Source: Octopus bimaculoides (lineage: Eukaryota). Taken from it: a stretch of 64,000 nt of DNA. The notes under the pieces are model-generated. The model saw only the letters and a program-made list of their open reading frames with translations, did no database searches and was not told where the DNA came from. Shown here piece after piece: positions 55,508-64,000 of this stretch. Numbering within the stretch: the stretch's first letter is position 1; the number at the start of each line of letters is the position of its first letter. Made by a program: the position numbers and the translations under genes. The DNA lies in the NCBI RefSeq assembly GCF_001194135.2, contig NC_068984.1, forward strand, positions 22,060,214 to 22,124,213. Direction: 5' to 3'.

Positions 55508-55957
55508 NNNNNNNNNNNNNNNNNNNNNNNNNNNNNNNNNNNNNNNNNNNNNNNNNNNNNNNNNNNNNNNNNNNNNNNNNNNNNNNNNNNNNNNNNNNNN
55601 NNNNNNNNNNNNNNNNNNNNNNNNNNNNNNNNNNNNNNNNNNNNNNNNNNNNNNNNNNNNNNNNNNNNNNNNNNNNNNNNNNNNNNNNNNNNNNNNNNNN
55701 NNNNNNNNNNNNNNNNNNNNNNNNNNNNNNNNNNNNNNNNNNNNNNNNNNNNNNNNNNNNNNNNNNNNNNNNNNNNNNNNNNNNNNNNNNNNNNNNNNNN
55801 NNNNNNNNNNNNNNNNNNNNNNNNNNNNNNNNNNNNNNNNNNNNNNNNNNNNNNNNNNNNNNNNNNNNNNNNNNNNNNNNNNNNNNNNNNNNNNNNNNNN
55901 NNNNNNNNNNNNNNNNNNNNNNNNNNNNNNNNNATATATATATATATATATATATAT

Positions 55958-56021
55958 ACACGACGGGTTTCTGTCAGTTTCCGTCTACCAAATCCACTCA
56001 CAAGGTTCACGAGGCTATAGT
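55958..56021 (-). mobile_element. SINE family B fragment abutting the mariner remnant
   Basis: ACGACGGGTTTCTGTCAGTTTCCGTCTACCAAATCCACTCACAAGG..GAGGCTATAGT. Other short family B pieces occur near 3320-3370, 30970-31060 and 51305-51390. Confidence 0.85.
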
Positions 56022-56034
56022 TACACTTACCCAT

Positions 56035-56205
56035 GGCGTGGTTTATCGCTGAAAGATAAAAGACATAAATCATTTGAAGGAGCGCATCACCAACTCATTT
56101 GCACAAGTATCACCAGATGTGCTATTACGAGTTCATAATGAGTGGAGTAAACGTATTGCAATGTGTATTCAAAACAATGGTAACCATATAGAGCCTGTTA
56201 AATAA
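56035..56205 (+). mobile_element. Tc1/mariner-superfamily transposase C-terminal fragment
   Basis: GVVYR*KIKDINHLKERITNSFAQVSPDVLLRVHNEWSKRIAMCIQNNGNHIEPVK*; matches the conserved tail VY......LK.RI......I....L..V...W..R...CI..NG.H.E. One internal stop; no DDD core or TIR found. Confidence 0.8.
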
Positions 56206-56379
56206 AAAAAAAAAAATGTGAAGTATACTGGCTTTACATGAAGATATGTAACTGTCACTCATTGATAGAAAAATTTCTACGCGTTGACGTTTTCTTCTAC
56301 AGGAGATGATGTTATTAAAATACTAACAACACGTTCTATAGAGATATGAACAAGAATTGTAGCAGCTGCTATAGTAACG

Positions 56380-57900
56380 AACAAAATCAGCTTATCGATA
56401 GGCTCTTAATCTGTGTTAATCCTGTCACAAATTAACAGATTTTTGTTTACTATGTTTCGTTGTGACCGTGAATGTCTTGTCATCCTGTTCATTGTAAGAT
56501 GAGCAGAGGAAAGAAACATTCATGTCACCTTTAAGTTCTTGGTTGTGAGCTTAAGTTGTGTTCAGAGAATTACCAGCATGTGAGAATCAAAGCTGGTTAG
56601 AACATTCTCAGGGGACATAGTATTTGAATTTGGTTAAGATAAATTCTCATATTTGAAAATCAATTGAGGAAAATTGCTTGAATTTAGGAGGGATATTGAT
56701 ATCAAAGGTTTATCACCACTATCGCCAAAGGTATCTCGCAATTGACGAGAATATTGCATACTTTGCTGTTGAGAGTAAAGCCACTAAAGTATCTTTTGGT
56801 GAGCGAAAACCGTGAAAGGTCTTTGACTCCTGTTTAAAATACATTTCTCTTTATCGCTTTCCAAAAACATCCATACAACAACATATCACACAGTACAACT
56901 GCAGTACCACTGATAATAGGAACATTTGGGACACTAGATTAGACACTTGGAATAATGTACAGCATTAGACATCAACTGCAAAGTGTTTCTATTCACCACT
57001 GGTTAGTTAGTACATCACGAATATCATGGATAAAACCAGTCTTAGAGAACTGCGTTTAATCACTTAGGTAATTCCCACTGAGCAACAACGGGAGAAATGA
57101 TGTATAATGATGGTTTGAGCGCAAGCAGAATATTCTGGAATAGGTTCTCTGAGTTTAGAGGTATTCCATCTGGCCTATAGCAAGATTGACTAACGTACTG
57201 AAGCAGAAATTTGGAGGAGAAACTTTCGCTAAATCAACAGTGTTATGCATATATACAAATCCTGAAATCATCCAGCGGATAACAATGTTGACAGGAAGAT
57301 TAGCCACAACAATATCTTTTGTAGATACTCTACATCCTGCATTTGCATTTCAGGAACGGGAGAAAAGTTTTCAAAACACCTGACCGTTAAGATAACATTT
57401 CTTCGAAAATTTCATGTTGTTATGAAATATGTCAAATATATCATACGATATGAAATGTATCATTCACAATATCACCAGCTGCACCAAAATGTGTGCAAGC
57501 TACTACTTTTCCATGTTATTTGACATTGTTGCCAAAATCTATTTACCGTGTTATTTGTAGGAAATATAGTCGAAACGGTCATACTCAGAAGCAGATTATA
57601 ACGATACCTTTAAAAGAAAATGTGTAGTTAGGGAACATTACAATGAAAACAGTAGCTCCGTACAAATACAACACACCTGATACTGTTCTATGGCACTGGA
57701 GACATAAGTCTTGCACTGTTGTAGAAGACAACTTGTCCTTGAATTCGCATGTTCCGCAGAAACCTGTAGAGAAAAGGAACGTTTCTTGCGAAATAATGAG
57801 GAATTTACAATACTTGTATCCAGGTTATAGATATTAATTTGTATCTAAAGACAGAAGCGCACTAGGCTAGAGAGCCACGGGTTGCATGAAAGTCTGTAAA
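56380..57900 (+). mobile_element. R4/Dong-clade non-LTR retrotransposon, decayed RT C-terminus, zinc knuckle and REL domain, copy 3
   Basis: LVRTFSGDIVFEFG*DK; LAIDENIAYF; AVPLIIGTFGTLD; AFAFQERE; HNITSCTKMCASYYFSMLFDIVAK; NTPDTVLWHW...RNLQYLYPGYRY*FVSKDRSALG (57643-57837 ORF). Same motif order as copy 2, and the REL end matches copy 1. Confidence 0.88.
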
Positions 57901-59168
57901 TGCTGGTGTTTGGCACGAAAACATAAAGCCGACTCGCATCCAGTAAATGCAATCCTTTAATGAGATTTAGGAGACAATTAAATGGCGATTCATGTCCGAT
58001 TTACAGAATGAACTTATGGATACAAGCAAGTATCCATAATACCCATATGGCATGTATTATACATATACATATACATAAAAAAAGCGATTGGACACTTATA
58101 TTAATGAAGTAAACTGATAGACATATTCAGTACATGAGTACAAAAATATCAATACGCATATCTACAGAGAGACAAACTCAAAAGATGGCACATATTCAAA
58201 TATCCATGGAACTGACCTGATTCAAACACAACTGACTTGTCACTTTAATGAATATCGGTTAGAAATGCACGATGGTGAACATACGATGAAAAATAGATTG
58301 AAATATAATAAAATAAAGAATACATACATACAAGAACTAGTTTATATTGTCTATATTCCCAACAGCAATGAATCGCTTATTGGTCGATTGTGTGTATATG
58401 TATGCATATATATATATATATATACACATAAGCACACACTCACGCACATATAAATGTACATGCACACTTAGAAATATATACATATGTATATATACTGACA
58501 TATAATGTGTGTATGTGTGTGTGTGTGTGTGTGCACGTGTGCTCGCGAATCTATTATGAATGCCGAATGTGTATGTATTTGTTCTTATATACGTCAGTGT
58601 GTAGGAGACATGAATTATATGCCTGAACAAAACACTGTATCGGCTTTATTTCTGCTTTTCTTCGTTACGTTATCTTCTTACTTCCTATTAACGCTTTACT
58701 TCTGTTCACCACAAAGCTGAAAGTCAACAAAACAATCTAACCTGTCTTGATGTTTGTTTGTAATTGTTACCCCGACGAGGAGGTCATGACCGGATTGTAT
58801 AGCGTGTATGGACTACGGTGGTGAACCCCCGAAATGGCCATAGGTGCTTGTGTGTGTTTTTGACCTATGTTTTTGACCAGTGTTTTTTATGAACTTTTAT
58901 AAGTTTGGTGAGCAGAGACGGATTTACCTATGGAAGTCTGCTGTTATTACGTGTACTTTGAGGGAAGTACAGGACCTTCTAATATAACTTCAAATGATGT
59001 TGAATTATTTTAATGTCTTTTGTTCATTTTAAAGTTGTGTCATCAGATATAGTTTTTTAGCCGATGGACTATTATACTATTTTATTTTACTTCACTTTAT
59101 CTTATTCTATTTTGCTTTATTTGTCTATATTGAACTTTTTATCGCTTAATTTTATTCGAATTGAAATT

Positions 59169-59216
<48 letters not shown>

Positions 59217-59309
59217 ATGTTATATTTTTAACTCAAATTTGATTTATTTGTATGTTATTAGTAGAATATATATATATATATATAATTTTTTATATTGTGT
59301 GTTCTATGT

Positions 59310-59358
<49 letters not shown>

Positions 59359-60412
59359 GTATGTATAAAGAGAGAGGGAGGGGGAGAGAGAGAGAGTAAG
59401 AAAGAAAGAAAGAAAGAAAGAAATATAGAGTGATTGGATAGTATAAACACCAATCTGAAAAATAAGACAAAGATAGAGCATATTAAATGAATTGGAATGT
59501 TAAATAACTCAAAGGATCAGTGACTTCATTCATATACATGCAGCTTCCTTCCTTGATTCGTCTGATAATTCCCGTACAAGGATGAAACTGTTTGTCATCG
59601 TGCTCTATTGAACCACCCAATTCCAATGATGAATAATTAGTGTACTGAGTTCTCTTTTCTTCACATGTAGTTGTACATATGATATGTTAATGAGGGGGAC
59701 CGTTAAACAGTGATTAGTGAAATTGCAATCAGTCCGACTATGCTTGATGCACGTTCAAACTTGGGAACAAGCTACTCACTGCGTTTTGTCACGTAGAATA
59801 TATCTCACTTGTTGACAAATGGTGTGTGAACACCTAGACCAGCTCACAACGCCACTTATTAGATTATATGCTATTCTACGTTATTCTAATACATACATTG
59901 TGGTTGTAGGTTTAAAGATAAATGTTATTTCAATAATTTTTTCTATTCAAAATAATCTTATATACCAATTTCGGGTGGAAGTAGATAGCTATTTTGATAT
60001 TGGATCAACCGAAAATTTTATTAAACGACGTATTGGAAACCATGAATATACTTTTTAAAACAAAAATAAGCTAAATTTATATGGAAGTTTAAGGATAATA
60101 ATATATTATGTACCCGCCCGGTAAATGACAAATATATAGTCATGTTAGATCTTATAACATTGCTGATAATAGATGTAACTAATGTGTCGAGGAAATATAT
60201 CAAATTTTAGCATTAAAAAATAAAAGGAAACTTCTTAACAACAGACAAGAGATGGTTCATCTTGTAAATATTCTTCAAGATATGTGTTTAGAAAATATAA
60301 TTAAACTGAATTGATTATTTGGAGGATTATTGGTATTAAAGTATCATCTATCTTAGATAATTAAATGTTATATTGTTATATAATCTTTAGGATCTTTAGT
60401 ATACATACATAC

Positions 60413-60460
<48 letters not shown>

Positions 60461-60874
60461 TTCCATGTATGTATATGTGTATGTATATATGTATATGTAT
60501 ATATATGTGTGTGTACGTGTTTATATATGTAGATATATGAGTGTATGTATACGTGTGTATACTATTATTCTTATTATTAAGTAAATCGATTGGAATCATT
60601 TACTTATTGTCAATATTTTATTAAGTAATCTAAAAGTATATTGTGAGTAAATTATCTTATAATAACGTTTATTTAAATTCCATTATATATTATAACTCTA
60701 TATTAGCTATAATTATTTTAAATAGTTAGCAGGTATTAAATTTTAAAATTGTAATTATATAAATTTATTTTTTATTTCTATTTTCATTTAACTTTTATTT
60801 TATGGCTATTTATATTTTTATACAGATGTATTTGAATATATATGCAAGTATATGGGTATAGGTATGTGTGTATG

Positions 60875-60905
<31 letters not shown>

Positions 60906-60959
60906 GTATGTATATATACATANNNNNNNNNNATATATATACATATATATATATATATG

Positions 60960-60996
<37 letters not shown>

Positions 60997-61055
60997 GTAT
61001 ATATGTGTATATATATATCTACGTATGCATGTATGTATGTGTCTATAGTTATTTC

Positions 61056-61136
<81 letters not shown>

Positions 61137-63788
61137 ATTATAAATATTACGATATGTTATATGCCTATAACAGAAAAAGTAATTTTAGTATAGGAAAAGA
61201 GTAATTATGATAATGGTATTGAAATCTTTAGGAAGTTTTAAAGTTGTGATTTTATATTGAACTATCTTAAATGTAATTATATTAATTCATATTAAATTTT
61301 ATACTAGAGCCTATTCTCAATATTATATATTTCTACTATTATATTATGAAAGCATTGAATTAAAAACATATTAAATTAAAGTGAATTATTTCCCCTGAAA
61401 ATCAGAAATTCCAATTTATTTATGTAAAAATTAGTATAGATTAAAATTATTCTTGCATATATCATATTTATTCTACACTACATTAAAAACATACTTTGTA
61501 AATTACTTTTGTGAAATGATATCCTTTTTATTCATCCGTAAGTATTAATCCATATATACATTACGATGAGATTTTTCCTCTAAAAAACTAAGCGATTTGA
61601 ATTTTGATTTAATTTTAGTATGGAAATGGGTAATTATCAAAAGGATTTTATGAAGTCCTTATGATTAATTTTTTTTTTTGGATAACTGGTTAATTCAGCG
61701 TTTATTTAATTTCTACGGTAATAATGTTATTACGATATTTTTTAGAAGGTTTATTTCTTATATAAACTACGTTATTTTTAATTATTAATCGTTGATTTTT
61801 AGTAATGGTTATTATAAACAATTAATGCAATGTAATTTACAATATTGTTTCATATTTGACTAGAGACGATATAGTATTTTAAATATATTATTTTGCTATT
61901 TACCCATAGATAAATAGCGTATTGTTATGATAAAAACATGTTTTTTTTAATAATATGAATGAATGAAAGGGATATTTCTTATATAGCCATGTTTTTTTGA
62001 AATATTAAAAAAAAATTCTTCCTGGTATGGGAATAAGCTAATGCGCTAAGATATATTTACATTAAAATACTTAATACAAATATATTTTATGACCGTTATA
62101 TTAATTTATTTCTTATCTTTGTTTTTGTTTTTAATTACTAACGCTCACGCTTGTAAACAAATACATTTAAGTTCAGTCTTTTCTTAGATCTGTGAATCCA
62201 CATACAAAAAATTATACAGAGGAGATTCTTGCCCAGAAACAATGGATTTTTATAATTTTATTATGGGCAAGAACGGAAACATTTCTATGTAATTTATATT
62301 CAATACTTATTATTTATTATATTATGTTATATTATTATAAGAATATGATATGATAGAGTATCATGCTGATAAATTTTAAATTTTAATTTTTAATTTTGGC
62401 AATTGTTATATAAATCTCCATTTTCTACTCACTATTATAAATTTAATATATACCTATGTAATTTGTAAGGTTTTCTCTGCAAAGTTGAGTTTCTAACAGT
62501 GAAGCCAGTGAAAGATTGGATGTATTCATCCATATTTTCCTTGAATTTTTCTCTGCTACCCTTTCCCTATTTTCTCCCCGTGACCAACGGCTATCTTTCT
62601 TTTTTCCATATCCTTCCTAAAGACAAGACGTGCTTTTGCCTGTCGCTTCTCAAAGATCGCTTTTCCAGCGTTCACCACTTCACATCGTCTTGGTTTAACA
62701 GCCCTCAACTTTTGTTTTTACTGTTTTGTTCTTACTGTCCTGTTTTTGTTACCACATTAACCCTCCGCAAATAATCTCAAATTTTATTCAATTTGCTTTG
62801 CGGGAAAGGCTGTTTTAACGAAGTCGTGTCTTTCCCTTACCTTCAAAACGCGGAGTAGATAAAACAGAGGACAAGTAACGAAGGTAATGTTCTTTTTGCT
62901 GCCTGTTTCATTTCTCTATTTGTTTCTTTCTTTGTTCGAAAAAAGTTCGTTTTCTATCATTTTGTTTTTATGTTCTCGTTTCTCCTTTTGTTCACGTTGT
63001 TTTGATGTCCTGTACCCATATATGCATGTATATATACATATATATGTAGGTATGTACATATATGTATGTATACATGTAAATATTTATATACTATTAATAT
63101 CATATATATATATATATATATAGATAGTTGTGATAGTTAGGTGTATAGGTTTATGTATATATAATACAACAGACACGCACGCACAAATTCATATATTTCA
63201 TAAAATTTATAGGAATCAGGTAAGTAAAGACGTGATGGACAAAGAGAAGAAATGTAAAGCGAAATAATTTAAATTAAATGATGTATACCGTGAAAACACT
63301 TAGGCCAAATGAGAAGAGATGGAAGAGGATTCGATGTTTCATCTTTACTCTTTGTCACAGCAAAGTAAAATATGCGGTAGAGAAATAAAGGAAGTAGGAA
63401 TGAGATGAAACCCACGAGGCTAGCTTTATTGCCAGCTTGGTGTAAAGTGACAATTGGAAAGTGGGATAGAAGTAATACAAGTAGAGAAACAAATGGATGA
63501 TACTGCGTGTAATTGGTAAGGTCGGGAGACATGGAAACTGATCGAGAAGAGAAAGGGACAATGAGAGCAAGAAAGAGTATGGAGTGAGAAGGAGAGAAGA
63601 GAGAATGAGGCTGAGAGTGAGAAAAGAAGAGAGCGAAAGAGAAAATTTAAGGAAGAAAAACTGAAAAGTGATGGAAGAATAAGGAAGCATACATACATAC
63701 ATACATACACATATATATATATATTGTACGGTATAGACACATAATAGATATGTATATATTGTATTATATAAAAATACATAACATATAT

Positions 63789-63918
63789 GTAATATATGTA
63801 TATCTATCTATAATATATATATATATTTTGTATTATATACAAGTACATAATATATACGTAATATATGTATATCTATCTATAATATATATATATTTTGTAT
63901 TATATACAAGTACATAAT

Positions 63919-63949
<31 letters not shown>

Positions 63950-64000
63950 ATATTTTGTATTATATACAAGTACATAATATATACGTAATATATATATATA
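63789..64000. repeat. AT-rich minisatellite, ~60-67 bp unit, at least 3 copies, runs off the window
   Basis: TATTTTGTATTATATACAAGTACATAATATATACGTAATATAT starts at 63824, 63891 and 63951. Confidence 0.92.

Larger units (their letters stand above)
52783..56867. repeat. 78-bp inverted duplication: 52783-52860 versus 56790-56867
   Basis: TTTTTGGAAAGC(A/G)ATAAAGAGAAATGTATTTTAAA(T/C)AGGAGTCAAAGACCTTTCACGGTTTTCGCTCACCAAAAGATA; 76/78 identical, flanks not alignable. Confidence 0.95.
322..60932. other. Assembly gaps (17 N-runs): 322-674, 1817-1993, 7461-7796, 8357-8510, 9603-9612, 18836-19499, 21793-21952, 24597-25006, 25679-26289, 32303-32312, 32861-32947, 34011-34020, 40745-40754, 43698-43943, 44978-45037, 55508-55933, 60923-60932
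   Basis: N runs seen directly; essentially all abut (TA)n, (CA)n, (GA)n, (TCTG)n or (TGCG)n tracts on at least one side, typical of short-read scaffolding. Confidence 0.98.

Noticed and set aside
52783-56867. The 78-bp inverted pair as terminal inverted repeats of a 4-kb DNA transposon
   Set aside because: The right copy has LINE sequence on both sides, there is no TSD, and no matching transposase lies between them.
57000-57200. Minus-strand RPDGIP resembling the CR1 GPDGIP motif, and a GDMNV endonuclease-like word near 56520
   Set aside because: The plus strand carries a continuous, correctly ordered series of R4/Dong motifs, and the minus-strand words are in the wrong order for a LINE.
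58764-59050. TGTTAC-starting, GC-richer segment as a solo LTR
   Set aside because: No matching CA end, TSD or second copy found.
209-61193. Long ORFs in the track made of YI/CV/HT/RE/X runs
   Set aside because: They are translations of dinucleotide microsatellites and N-gaps, not proteins.
62225-62274. TTCTTGCCCA / TGGGCAAGAA inverted repeat as a miRNA
   Set aside because: Only a 10-bp stem with a loop of about 30 nt; too weak.
61140-62465. A definite NUMT or GPCR/chemoreceptor pseudogene call
   Set aside because: Only short, scattered word matches (ILPG.G, LLRY, IINR) in different frames; retained only as an unresolved finding.
1-64000. CRISPR arrays, prokaryotic operons, rRNA or intact tRNA genes
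   Set aside because: No regularly spaced repeat-spacer array, no gene-dense segment and no rRNA-like sequence; every tRNA-like stretch is a SINE head or fails to form a cloverleaf.

Overview
Repeat-rich, AT-rich (roughly two-thirds AT by eye) eukaryotic DNA from a short-read scaffold with 17 N-gaps, essentially all bordered by simple repeats. The SINE families and microsatellite load suggest an octopus genome such as Octopus bimaculoides (inference from recognition, not a search). I can support no intact protein-coding gene, tRNA, rRNA or CRISPR array, and all long ORFs in the track are microsatellite or gap artefacts. The window is probably intronic or intergenic. It holds three tRNA-derived SINE families (about 25 copies), three decayed plus-strand copies of one R4/Dong-clade non-LTR family, RTE and CR1/L2-type LINE 3' ends, a Tc1/mariner transposase tail and a small TA-flanked MITE. 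The best unexplained signals are a textbook recursive-splice-site motif on the minus strand (~6093), a 78-bp near-identical inverted copy 3.9 kb away inside a decayed LINE, a ~115-bp-arm fold-back, a perfect 27-bp hairpin, recurrent head-to-tail SINE dimers near (TAA)n tracts, and an unexplained extremely AT-rich 1.9-kb block. I did not find a clear new multi-gene system.
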